Below are positions 36,771-48,580 of a DNA stretch of 64,000 nucleotides, in pieces. A model generated the notes under the pieces. The model did not search any database. It was not told where the DNA came from and saw only the letters and a program-made list of their open reading frames with translations. The first letter of the stretch is position 1. The number at the start of each line of letters is the position of its first letter. Origin of the DNA: Felis catus. Taxonomy: Eukaryota. The position numbers and the translations under genes are program-made. The stretch spans positions 136,464,001 to 136,528,000 of the forward strand of contig NC_058368.1 in NCBI RefSeq assembly GCF_018350175.1. Direction: 5' to 3'.

Positions 36771-37175
36771 GTGTCAGACACTGCTAAGTATGGATTAACT
36801 TGTTTTTTCTCGTGTTCCTGGGCATTCAGCTAAGACCACATTCTTCAGCCTTTCTTACAGTTAGGGGACGCCGTGTGACTGAGTTCTAGCCAACTGAATG
36901 TGAACAGAAGTCATGTGTCCCATTTTCTAGGCCTGGTCCATAGAAATTTCCCATAAACACCCCTCCATGCTCTTTACCTTGGGATGGAGATGATTAGGAT
37001 GACCTTAGAAACTATATATTGAAGGTGGCAGAGTCCCTGTTGGTCTGAGACTGAATGGCTGGGTAATGGAGCTAAGCCAGCCCCCACTGAGGAGGAATGT
37101 CCACCTTGGACTCAGGTAAATACACTCCTGTGGTGTTTGAACCATTTTGTATTTTGGTGTTTGTTACAGCAGCTG
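36771..37175 (+). mobile_element. old MLT1 (H/J-like) LTR
   Basis: GTGTGACTGAGTTCTAGCCAA...GAAGTCATGTGT and terminal TTGTTACAGCAGC. Confidence 0.7.
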
Positions 37176-37464
37176 GTTCCAAAAGCCTAGCGCCATCTTG
37201 ATCTCCTCCTTCCTTAAGAGGTACTCCTTTCTTGCTTCTTATTTCCTATTTAAAATTGCTGAATTAAGTGAAAGAGAGTTACAGTATAAACCTTCGTGAG
37301 GGACCTCACTGCCTGAAATGTATGTCCGGGAGCTCCTACTAATTTTATGGATCACTTCTGCTTTTTATTTTCTAAGGCCCAGGAATCTTGGGAAGTAAAC
37401 CGCATTAAGACCCAATTTGGAAAGCGGACGTGGGAGGGCTCAGATTACCTGAATTTTGCTATTC

Positions 37465-37713
37465 TTTTTTTATGTTTATTTTATTATAAAAAAATTAATA
37501 TTTTACTTATTTTTGAGAGAGAGAGAGAGACAGAGAGACAGACAGTGAAATTAGGGGAGGGGCAGAGAGATAGGGAGACACAGAATCCGAAGACAGGCTC
37601 CAGGCTCTGGGCTGTCAGCCCAGAGCCTGATGTGGGACTTGAACTCACGAACCGTGAGATCATGACCTGAGCTGAAGTTGGGATGCTAACCAACTGAGCC
37701 ACCCAGGTGCCCC
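37465..37713 (-). mobile_element. CAN-SINE
   Basis: Complete SINEC body reversed. Confidence 0.95.
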
Positions 37714-37728
37714 TGGATTTTACTACTC

Positions 37729-37860
37729 TTTTTTTTTTTTTAACGTTTTTTATTTTATTTTTGAGAGAGACAGAGACAGGGTGCGAGCTGGGGAGGGGCA
37801 GAGAGAGAGGGAGACACAGAATCTGAAGCAGGCTCCAGGCTCTGAGCTGTCAGCACAGAG
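37729..37860 (-). mobile_element. 5'-truncated CAN-SINE
   Basis: Tail and 3' half only; stops at CAGCACAGAG. Confidence 0.9.
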
Positions 37861-38088
37861 GAATGAGTCTCTGCTCTGGGGTAATCTGCATCTTCTTCTG
37901 TGGGTCCCCTGTTACTATTATCCCCAGGTCACTTGGTGCCGAACTAACCATCCTTCCTTCTTCCTACCTCCCTCCCTTTCTCTCTCTGTCTCCCTTCCTT
38001 CCTCCTTCTCTCCCCCCTCCCCTGGCTTCTCTCTCTTTTCATGTACTTGCTTTATGTATTGAATCTTGCTGAAGAATGTTTCCAGACA

Positions 38089-38290
38089 GGGGCGCCTGGG
38101 TGGGTCAATTGGTTTAGTGTGTAACTTCGGTTCAGTTCATAATCTCACAGCTTGTGAGCCCTGCATCGGGCTCTGTGCTCACAGCCTGGAGCCTGCTTCT
38201 GATTCTGTGTCTCTCGCTCTCTTTACCTCTCCCTGACTTACACTCTGTCTCTCTCTCAGAAATTAAAAAAAGAAAAACATTTTAAAAAAA
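38089..38290 (+). mobile_element. CAN-SINE
   Basis: TSD AT(G/A)TTTCCAGACA. Confidence 0.94.
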
Positions 38291-39419
38291 GGATATTTCC
38301 AGACAGCTCTCCTTTTCTCTAGTGTATCCAAGAAGCAAATGTTGGCTTCTTCCTTTACCTGTTGAGAAAAGGCTGGCTATTGATGAAAATGACTCACTTA
38401 CCAGAGCCCTCTGGCCGCTCTCAGTGCAGCAGTGATAAGAATAAAGTTTTAAGTCTCTGGTCTGGAAGAGAATGTCACCTCTTGCCTGGAGTCTTCAAAA
38501 AAGTTCCACACTTGGACAGCACCTTGATGCTTCCTTAAATATGTATCACTTCATTGGTCATTGCTCCAGCAACAGGCCCTGAAAAAGTTATTTTCCAGGC
38601 CTTGTTTCTCGTACAAAAGGGCTTGGCTGCAAGCTCCATTCTCAGATTCTATTCTAAGGGCTTACCATCAAAGAAGGCACTCTGTAAATATGAGACCACA
38701 AACCAAAACTCCTTATTGGGTCCCCTAAATGCAGGAAGGCTTCCCCATAAGGGATCCAAGAAAAGTTCTGGCAATCTGCAAACAGGTATGAGGAGGGATA
38801 CTAAGGGGTTATTGGAGTTTAGGGGAATGATCCATCAAGTCAAACTAGATGCTATGTAGCTCGTAAATACATGTGTAGATGGACAAGTGAAGCCCTGGAT
38901 TGTCAGTGGGTCAGCATTGTTAGTTAAAAAGAACAGAACCATAATCATAGATACATACTCTCCCAGGCTACCTCCCACTGTAGTCTCAAAGATTAAATAT
39001 TATTCAAAAGAAAGGAATTTGTATGAGGGAGAATTCCAAAATCCCATAGCCTTCATATTCCACAAATATTTTCTCATGAAGAGAATTCCAAGATACGTTG
39101 TAAAACAGAGAGGTTTTTAATTTTTGATCCTTATTAGGAAAACTCACTCTGAAATTATGATATAGCAACAATAAATCTGAACAGGTAATGAATAATTAAT
39201 TGAAGACAAGTCTTAAATTAGAACGCCACTTAAGACATATTCATTCCATTTTGTTCTGGAACTTTTGATTGTTTGCAGTCGTTTGTATTGCACTAAATTG
39301 GATGTGAAGTTTTTTGTTTTTTGTTTTTTTAAGAACTCTCCATGGAATGGGAAAAATAGTTCATATCTGGATATATACATCCTTAAGGGAAGAAGAGAAA
39401 GGAATATGGGTTGAATAAT

Positions 39420-39590
39420 TAATATGCATTAGGTGCTTTACAGCTATACAGTCTCAAAACTTAGGGTTAGTTTTATTAGCCCCATTTTGTATCTGTAGGT
39501 GAGCAAATTGAATAACTCAACTATTAAGTGGAAGACAGTACTCCAATGCAGGACTCCCAGGCTCCAAAACTCATGTGTTTCCACTGTCCA
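39420..39590 (-). mobile_element. MIR fragment
   Basis: TTATTAGCCCCATTTT...CTCCAAAACTCATGTGTTTCCACT. Confidence 0.55.
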
Positions 39591-39671
39591 GTGACCTGAT
39601 ATTTATTAGAGTTTGTACATACCAAGTTCTTGTCCAACTGAATGGGGATGATTTAAGAAGATAAATAATGT

Positions 39672-39843
39672 GGGGCACCTGCATCGCTCATTCAGTTAAG
39701 TGTCTGGCTCCTGGTTTTGGCTCAGGTCATGCTCTCATGGCTTGTGAGTTAGAGCTCCATATTGGGCTCTATGCTAATAGTGTGAAGACTGGGGATCCCT
39801 TTCTCTCTCTCCCTCTAGGCCCCTCCCCTGCTCACAGTCTCTT

Positions 39844-39900
<57 letters not shown>

Positions 39901-39921
39901 ATAAATAAACTTAAAAAAAAA
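39672..39921 (+). mobile_element. CAN-SINE with expanded (CT)n
   Basis: SINEC body; long perfect CT run at about 39851-39897; TSD AAATAATG. Confidence 0.94.
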
Positions 39922-40185
39922 GGCAAATAATGCAACAATGGCTATTCTAATGTCAGCCTGAAATTCTAGTTCTATAATTGAGCCCTACAACTTTCTCCTT
40001 TAATATTCAAGTAAGGGTCTTATTTCTTCTAATGCTCAACACCCTCTGACACAGACTGAAATATCCCTCTGAAATTAGTAGTTTCAACTCATAGTTCAAT
40101 TCGTACTTGTTTAAAAATAAATCTCCTGGCTTCCACGATAGTGATTCAGGGGTTCTGAGGTGACGTCAAGAATCTCCATTTTTCC

Positions 40186-40310
40186 GGCGCCTGGGTGGCT
40201 CGGTTCAGCGTCCAACTTCGGCTCAGGTCATGATCTCACAGTTCGTGAGTTCAAGCCCCGTGTCATGTTCTGTGCTGATAGCTTAGAGCCTGGAACCTGC
40301 TTCAGACTCG
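40186..40310 (+). mobile_element. CAN-SINE lacking 3' CT tract and tail, beside a MER5-like remnant
   Basis: GGCGCCTGGGTGGCTC head and GTTCAAGCC B-box; abrupt end. Confidence 0.85.
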
Positions 40311-40449
40311 GCTCTTCTCGGCCCTTCTAGAACTGAACTGCTAGTGGATGATCTGGGCTTATGAAGGCTTGGCAAACAATAAAGCCAGGAAAAGCAGAGG
40401 TAAGATCTCATAGCCAGAAGCTCTAAGAGCAAAAATACCTCAGTCAGGA

Positions 40450-42125
40450 GATGGAAGAGGCTGCTAAATAAAATATTAGTGGTGACGTATTATTCTGTTG
40501 AAAATGGGCATGTAGTCAAAGACAAACTTGAAGGAGTGACACAGACCCGAAGGGATCATGCCAGAAATGTGAGATCCCAGAACAAGCTGAGGCTCGCAGA
40601 AAATGCTAAGGGGCAAAGCAAGGGCTTTTTGGAAGCTACACAGGGATCAAAAACAATGAAGAAATAAAGGCCAGGAGCAAATGATGTAATGTTGACAGAT
40701 GACAGGGCAGCAGTGTTCATTTCCTGTTTTTCTTCCCTCCTCCATCAGGGAGAAGGATCTCTAAAGTGAAAATTTGCAGAATAAACATGACTGAGAGAAA
40801 ACATCATCCAAAGATCGGAGAGGGGGTGGGAAGGAAGACCTAGGGGGCGGAGTGAGGGCAACTTTCAAGACCGGATGAGTGCTATCACAGGGTACCCCAA
40901 ATTGGCATTAGAGTAATAAGCCTGTTATTGTTTATCTTTAAAGTATAAAGAGAAAGAGATGCCGAATGACCGGAGGCAAGAAAATCTCCTGGGTTTTTTT
41001 TCCTGAAGTTTGTTTCTAGAAACTGCAGATGTTAATCCCCTGCAAAATCTCAGGAGAGGTAACAAATCAGACAATTTGGCAAAACTCAGAAAAAAGAGTG
41101 GTGGTCACCAGGGGCCAGTACAGGCTCTGTGGAAATACATTCTGTAGGTCAGATTCTATATCCTGAGCATCTGCTCAGGAAGCCACTTTTAAGGAAAAAG
41201 GACCCCACCCTTGGAAAGAGGCCTTTTCAGAAACCCAACCACTTAGATCGGCCTCTGGGCCCAGGTGGTTTCTCATGTTCTCCCTCCCCCTTTTACATCA
41301 TTTAGATTCACATCATTTCTTGTGTATTCCATGGAAGTTGCCATGGGGACAAGGTTCCATCTGGCTTCAGATCCTGGCGCTGAGATCTATTCTGTCTCCT
41401 TAGTTTGTACTGGGTGTTCACCTCCCTGTCTCTCTAACTTCAGTTTCCTATATGACTCCACTTTTTCAAACAGCATGCCTCTGCCTATCCATGATGTCTC
41501 AGCCACCTTTCTCAGGTCAGTTCTTACCATAGTAACTTCCAGACTCCCACTCCATGCACCAACAAACTCCTAGCAAACTTCCTCTGGTGATCCTGTATCA
41601 AAGATTGAAACAGTGGCCTATGTTTGAAACTGGTCCTATGCTAAGAAGAATGCATAGCTGCCCAGACGAATATGCACATGACTACTCTTTTATGGGCAGA
41701 TATCTGGTAGATAATTCAAAAACTACTGCCATCCTAAGCCAATATTTTTAAATATTAATATTAATTATAGATGAAGACACCAAAGCTTGGAATTTCAAAT
41801 ATACTGATCATATAGATCTTGGATGAGAGTATATTGGAAGGGAAAACAGATTCAAATGTATAGATAGCTAAGAAGGTAACACTTAGAGACAAATGTAAAG
41901 TCTAATCCTTAGGTTAAAAAAAATTAACTACACATACCTGGCTTTGGGGCCATTGACCATGTTAACAGGAGTAAATGTGAAAATCACCTTAAAGCTTTTA
42001 TTAACTATAGGCTCACTGTGGGTCACTGATGTGATGTGCCTACCAGGAAGCTAATGTCTTTCTCAGCTGTGTTAACAAAAATATAGACTCAGTATTAAAA
42101 GAAGTAATTATCCCACCTGTTAAGG
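40450..42125 (+). mobile_element. CR1/L3 LINE ORF2 relic, interrupted at about 41160-41720
   Basis: SQNKLRLAENAKGQSKGF resembles CR1 KAQNELRLAKNAKDNKKGF; further collinear degenerate blocks for PEDWR, IPGKILE, SQHGF, DKCKVL, QCDVAAKKAN and EVIVP. Confidence 0.75.
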
Positions 42126-43371
42126 ACTTGGGGAGAAATCCTAATGTCCCAATGATGACACAAACCTTAAGTAATTATGTCAGGGCAGTTATGTCATAGA
42201 ATGAGCTGATGCTTGCAAAAAATGCCATTCTAGGCTTTTTATCCTACAGGCTGCTGGAATCAATTGCAATAGAGAAATGGTAAAGAAATAATGTGTGTGG
42301 ATTTAATTCTGAGTATCTTTCTTTTGAGGGCGTCACTGGCAAAGAAACACATCCAGGCTAGTGCCCTGTTTGCAAGTCATATCCCAGGGTGGATATTCAG
42401 CCTGTGTGATACTCAGCCATTTAGCCCAGGGAAGTAAAGAATTGAGAGATGTGATAATGCATCAGATGTTTTGATGGGCTCTCATGCAGAAGGAGACTTA
42501 GTCTCATTCTCGCGGGTAGATGTGGGACCCAAGGGCAGAAGCTGCCCGGCTCCAAACACAAACGCCTCTGACCTGTAGTTGCATCCCAAATGCCTTGTGA
42601 GCTGGTAAGAACTTGGGCCGAGGCCTTGGGCTGCTGGTGAGGGGGTTCCCTCCTTGTGTCTCCCCACTCCATGCTCTATGCTTTGGAGGGAAGAGGTACG
42701 GAAGCATATGGCGAATTACTGCAGGTATTTCCCTCGGGGTGCTATGTTTACAGCGGGAGTGCTTCTGTGATCAGAGCCCGCGGGCGTGGGGAAAGGAGTT
42801 GGGTGTCTGCAGGCTTGAGTACCTACCGAAGGCAATGCCTAGCAAGGTCCATTTTTAGCCTGGACCCTTGGTGCCTGGCTGCCAGGAGCTGGGGGATGGG
42901 TAGTTGGCTCTCCTCAAGCTCCACGCAGAGGAAGAGCCTGCTAGGAAGCAGTGTGCCCGAGAATGCAAACAATTTCCTGGCAACAGCATCTCTCTCGCTC
43001 TGCCAATGTCTGATGAAAAAGGGATGTGGCGTGTGGGGAGAATAAGAGAAAGAAAGAGAGTCGGGTGACAGAAGGGATGGAGAGAAAAAGGAAGGAAGGA
43101 GGGGAAAAAAGGCCAAAGGCTGTGCTTTAGTCTGGCATTTCGCACCTGCTGGCATCTGAGTGCCACCAATTGCTGAGTCAATAAGAGTCGAAAGGGAAGG
43201 AATATCCCAACAGAAGGATAAAAGTGGATTTTTTATACCATCCAAATCCCTCCTTGATCTCCCCAGCTGGTGATTTACCAGTAAGAGGACAGGGACCTCA
43301 AGGAAGGAGATGCCGACCACCAGGACCTCTGTAAAGATTTACTTCTGGGCCAATATAGTATTACCTTAACA

Positions 43372-43606
43372 CAGAAGTTCTTAATGAGGGGGAAGTGAGG
43401 GGTGGGGAGCAAGGTTGTCCCCCTGGGATATTTGGCAATGTCTGGAGACATTGTTAGTTGTCACATCATGAGGAAAGAGGTGTGCCTGGCATCCACTGGG
43501 CAGAGGCCAGGGATGCTGCTAAAATTTCCATAACGTACAGAACAGCCCCCATAACAAAAAATTGTCCAGCCCCAAATATCAGTGGTGCTGAGGTTGGGAA
43601 AACATG
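43372..43606. mobile_element. MER20 hAT DNA transposon
   Basis: TTTGGCAATGTCTGGAGACA and GAGGCCAGGGATGCTGCTAAA diagnostic motifs; 8-bp TSD CCTTAACA / CCTTAAAG. Confidence 0.88.
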
Positions 43607-43744
43607 CCTTAAAGCGGTTTAACACTGGAGGCCTCTGTGCCTGGTGCCGAGGGCCACCCATTGGAACCCAAAGGTTTTCATAGCTTTCTGCCCTTATAGG
43701 TGAGGGGTTTGAGTCTCAGAGAGTAGAGAGGCTTGTCCAGGGCC

Positions 43745-43980
43745 TCTGGCCTTGGACTGAAATGAGCAAGAGCTTTGGAGTAAGACAGAATAGTTTTAAA
43801 TCCCAGCTGAGGAAGCTAATATCCGTGCAACTTGGGCAAGTTGCTTCACCGCTTAGAGCCTTCATTTTTTCACTTATGAAATGGGCATCACATAACAACT
43901 CCCTTATAGCTTCATTTCAAGGAATATGTGAGATAACGCTTGTAAAGTACTTAACATAGCATGTGGCATATAATAAATGG
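43745..43980 (+). mobile_element. MIR SINE
   Basis: Near full-length MIR motifs. Confidence 0.8.
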
Positions 43981-44109
43981 CACCTCTAATTATGAGTTGC
44001 AGAGTTAGAGCTAAAATCTTGGCTCTCATGCCCAAGTCCTGTTCTCCTTTCATTGTTATCGCTTGGATGAGTCCCAACCAGGGCTAGTCCTCAGTTCTGA
44101 GAGGTCTGT

Positions 44110-44280
44110 AGTGGTTGTGAGCCCTGGTGCTTGGCCAAAGTGGGCCTGGATTCAAAGCTGAGCTCTGCCACTTTCAAGCTGATAAATTACTTCATCTCCC
44201 TCTAAGCCAGCTCAGTTTCCAAATCTATAAAATGGGACAATGCTAACACCCGCTTGTTAGGCTTGTTGTGAGATTCTACC
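44110..44280 (+). mobile_element. MIR fragment
   Basis: CCTGGATTCAAAG and CTCAGTTTCCAAATCTATAAAATGGG. Confidence 0.7.
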
Positions 44281-44796
44281 CCCAGAGAGTAGAATATCGT
44301 AAGGAGTCATCATATATTAGTTGTAGCTAATTTTTCTGACAGGTTGTATTTCCCCCAAATGGCTGCCACACTGTCTCTCATTCACCGTGCTCTTCCCCCA
44401 GTGCCATAGTAATTCCCCTTCCACAAGAGGCGGGTCTGTCTTTTCATGAATGTGGGTGGACACATGGCTCTGGAGGGGAGTGATACCTTGTGACTTGTCA
44501 GGCAAGGCCGTAGGAAAGTGATACAGCTTCTGCTTGCTTCTCTTGGGATGCTCACACTGGAAACCCAGCTGCTATGCGGCCAGGAAGCCCAGGTGACACC
44601 ATGGAAAGGGCTGTTTGAGGACGACCTGACAGACCGAGTGAAACTTGTCAGACATATGAATGAGTCGTTGTACGAGTGGAACCTCCAGTTCTAGTGAAGC
44701 TTCCCGGTTGACACTGAATGGAGAGAAATGAGCCGGCTTCACTGAACCCTGCCCCAATTACAGATTCATGAGCAAAATAAATGATTGTCATCATTT

Positions 44797-45013
44797 AAAA
44801 ATTTTTTTTCAACATTTATTTATTTTTGGGACAGAGAGAGACAGAGCATGAACGGGGGAGGGGCAGAGAGAGAGGGAGACACAGAATCGGAAACAGGCTC
44901 CAGGCTCTGAGCCGTCAGCCCAGAGCCTGACGCGGGGCTCTAACTCACGGACCGCGAGATCGTGACCTGAGCTGAAGTCGGACGCTTAACCGACTGCGCC
45001 ACCCAGGCGCCCC
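44797..45013 (-). mobile_element. young CAN-SINE, 3' unit of tandem dimer
   Basis: Near-identical to 45026-45249. Confidence 0.97.
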
Positions 45014-45025
45014 AAATTGGACTTT

Positions 45026-45249
45026 AAAAAAAAAAATTTTTTTTTTCAACGTTTATTTATTTTTGGGACAGAGAGAGACAGAGCATGAACGGGGGAGGGG
45101 CAGAGAGAGAGGGAGACACAGAATCGGAAACAGGCTCCAGGCTCTGAGCCGTCAGCCCAGAGCCTGACGCGGGGCTCTAACTCACGGACCGCGAGATCGT
45201 GACCTGGCTGAAGTCGGACGCTTAACCGACTGCGCCACCCAGGCGCCCC
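45026..45249 (-). mobile_element. young CAN-SINE, 5' unit of tandem dimer
   Basis: Dimer flanked by TSD GATTGTCATCATTT at 44783-44796 and 45250-45263. Confidence 0.97.
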
Positions 45250-45288
45250 GATTGTCATCATTTTAAACCACCAAATTTGGGGACAGCT

Positions 45289-45515
45289 TTTTTTTTTAAT
45301 TAAAATTTTTTTTAACTTATTTATTTATCTTGAGACAGACAGAGACAGCGCGAGTTGGGGAGGGGCAGAGAGAGAGGGAGACAGAGAATCCCAAGCAGGC
45401 CCTGCTCTACCAGTGCAGAGCCAGATGTGGGGCTCAAACTCATGAAACTGAGAGATCACGACCTGAGCCGAAACCAAGAGTTGAACGCTTCACTGACTGA
45501 ACCACCCAGGCACCC
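45289..45515 (-). mobile_element. CAN-SINE
   Basis: SINEC body reversed; TSD-like GGGGA(C/A)AGCT. Confidence 0.93.
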
Positions 45516-48084
45516 GGGGGAAAGCTCCTTATTCAGCAATAGTATAAGAACAGTGTTATTGTTATTAATCTCCAAAAAAGAAATTTTCCTTTGGCCCATC
45601 TCACCTTCTCAGCCTCAGCGTCAACGCCGGGAAGAAAACTAGATGTAGCAGGAAATGTTGCTGCTACTTCCCAAGTCGGTGATTCTTCAGGGCATCTGGA
45701 GAAGATGATCACGTGCCACCACCCATTGTGACCATGAGAGATGAACCTGCGGGTTTATCTGGGGACACAATTTGACAAATCTCTTTTGGGAACAGATGAA
45801 TTCCAGGGCCTGAGCGTCATCGTATAGCTTGTAGACAAGGGTTCCCAAGAGCGTCTACTCATTTTGTTTTTTCCTTCTGTCTGCCTTGGTTTCTGCCATG
45901 AGTGTGGGAGTCAGGAGTGACCTTTCCCCCCATTTGAGTCTCTTCAGTCCTCCCTGCCTCAGTTATGGTTTTGAAGATGTGAGGTGAAGACAGAAGACAG
46001 TGTCTGATGATGAACTGAGGAAGATCTATGTCCTTCTTAGGAAAGCAAACCAATTTATGATACCAACTATGGTGTGTACGTGTGTGTGAGATGCAAGGGC
46101 GGGGGGGGGGAGTGCTTTTGACATTAGAAGTTCAAGAACTTGCCTGCCATTTTTCCTGAGCACAGGAGTTGTTGGAATTCCCTCTTTTACCCCAGTGGGA
46201 AGTTCCCCAGCATGACCATTCAGAGCCTCGGGACTACGAGACCCATCAAGATACCTTCTTGAGGGGTGAGGGCCAGGTGAGAACTCTCTGCTTCATTCAC
46301 TAAGACAAACTAGGCCTTTTTGTGTTTTGCCAGAAGGATGGAATAATAATGAGCTGTCTGCTCCCCCCAGAGGAACTGCACTGATGCACTGGTAGAAATG
46401 ACCCCAGCTTTCTTGGGGCAGGTCTCCAAACCTGGGATCCCAGGATGGGAGAAGAGCAGACAGTTATTTGTCAGTTTCTGGAAAATTGATGTTGTGTTAG
46501 AAACACAACTTCCTCGTGCATCAAGTGGGAGAAGTTTACAGTTCTGAAAGCCTCCTGTGCCTTGTTGTCTGTCTCCCTCCTTGAAGGACCCTCGGAAGAG
46601 CTCTGGGTTCCACTCTAAGATGTGCTCAAAAGAAGTCAGTGGCAAGTGGACTTGAGACCTCATTAGTATTTTCCATTAACCCTGGCTTTGGAGCCCTACT
46701 TTGGACGTGGTTAGGAGAAAATGTTAATAGTGTGACTGAAGGGTGCTGTTATTTTCAACAGAAAGCAACCGTGGGCTTCTCCGTGCCTTTCTAGGCACGG
46801 TTGGTAATGAAGACTCAGCCTCACACATTTACCTCTACAAAGTGGTATTTGAGCAATTTGTAATCAAGAGGCACTTTAAGGGGAGCTTATTCCTTGTCTC
46901 CCTTTCTTAGTTCTTCCTGTGTAAAAACTTTGGCATGTTTCCTAATGATATCAACTCACTGGGGAGTGATTTCTAGCATGTTGCTGGCTGTCACACATGG
47001 GGTTATAAAAGTCGACTCTAGCCTATACAAGGCTGTTTACTGAAAGTGGTACGATCTGATATTTTAAAAGGTGGCTGAATGGTTTGTGAGCTGAATGGAG
47101 CAGTGTGGTGGGAAAGAGTGGCCTCTCTATTGTGTCATGGGGGGAGGAAGATGTGCTAAGGGAGGCCACTTCAGGGAGGCTGGACCATGAATCACACCAA
47201 CACGAGTGGGCTTGTTGGCAGAGAAAGTACTCAGTGTTCAGTGGCGTTCAGTGGCTTTCCTGGGGGAGGAAGTAGTCTGCCCCTCCTTGCTGGGTCATGA
47301 TGATCTCATTTTTTTTTTTTTTTTTTTTGGCTCTTCTTAGTTGGCTGTGAAAATAGCCTTTCACCTCCAAAGAATCATCTAAACCAGACAAGCAGTACAG
47401 AGAGCAGTGTGAGTCAGCTGCCTCCTTTCGGACTTCCTGGGGAGTTTGAGGGACAAATTTGTGAGGCCTCACCAGCAAGCTGTCAGTCCCGGACTGCTTC
47501 CTAGTCAGCCTGAGCTTGAGCTGTGAAGGGGTTTGCTGATGCTTGGCAAAGTGCCCTTCTTGGATGGGGCCCCCCTTCAACTGGTGGTCACAAGGGGCTA
47601 GATTTTACCTGGGAGTGAGGTTAGACTCCAGTATCACTAGAGGCTCCTTATCTGGCTCCAGCCAGAGGTCTTGGGGTGAAGCCAGGCTGCCCTTACCACG
47701 TGACTGGGGACAGCAGTGACTCAGCTGGGAGGGAAGAAGGAGCTGGTGTCATCAGCTGTTGTTAGGAAAGAACAAAGGAGCCTGGAGGGAAACTGCCCAG
47801 TCCTGAGAGGATGGGAGGCAGGAGGCAGGTTGCCTAGAAACAGTAGCAGCACCTCTCTTCACACACCTTTCAGGCTGCTGGGGCCTCTGGTTAGCTCCCT
47901 CTTCTCGTTTTTTTTTTCCCCCTTCAGAGCTGCGCTCCATATGCCTTTTCATCAGATCTCACCTGGCTAAAATTGCTCCTGGGGTTGTGTGTTGTGGGTA
48001 AGGGGCAGCCAGGGCACATTCTCTTCTGCATCATGGAAAGGCTTAGAGAGTTCAGCTCTGGGTTGATTTTCTGGAGGGGAGGAC

Positions 48085-48350
48085 AGGCATGGTTCAGAAG
48101 TCACATGCTACGGCCAGATCTGGGTTCAAATTCAGAGCCAGGACCTATTAGATGTGTAATCTTGGGCAAGTTTATTAATTCCTCAATGTTTTAGTTTCCC
48201 CATCTATGAAACAGGGAGAATAATGGTGTCTATCTCAATTGAGGCAAGATGAGGATTTCGTGTGGATAGATAAATGGATGGGAGACAGATAGACACACAG
48301 CAAACTTAGAATAGGGCCTCATCCATAGAAAGACCGCATATTTGTCAGTT
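48085..48350 (+). mobile_element. MIR SINE
   Basis: CTGGGTTCAAATTC, TCTTGGGCAAGTT, AGTTTCCCCATCTATGAAA. Confidence 0.78.
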
Positions 48351-48459
48351 ATTAATCGTCTTGGAGGATAGCCAGACGTAAAAACTTACTCTCAGGTAGC
48401 TTTGGAAGGAACTCTGGCCGGACCTCCAGTTTCTCAGTGGTGTGTCTGATGTTTGGAGA

Positions 48460-48580
48460 TCTGGTTCCAGGCCTGGTTCTAACAGTGGCTTGCTGTGGGA
48501 TCTTGAACAAGTAGTAGCTTTCCTTGTCTGCCCTCAGTCTCTGCATCTGCAAGATCAGAGGACAGGACTAGAAGGGACTG
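48460..48580 (+). mobile_element. MIR fragment
   Basis: TCTTGAACAAGT...CCTCAGTCTCTGCATCTGCAA. Confidence 0.6.

Larger units (their letters stand above)
44335..45552 (+). mobile_element. MLT1 (E/F-like) LTR hosting three SINE units
   Basis: GGTTGTATTTCCCCCAAATGGCTGCC start, CCCTGCCCCAATTACAGATTCATGAGCAAAATAAATG, end CAGCAATAGTATAAGAACA. Confidence 0.8.

Noticed and set aside
42823..43320. 165-aa minus-strand ORF
   Set aside because: GTG start, low-complexity middle from a purine tract, no recognisable family
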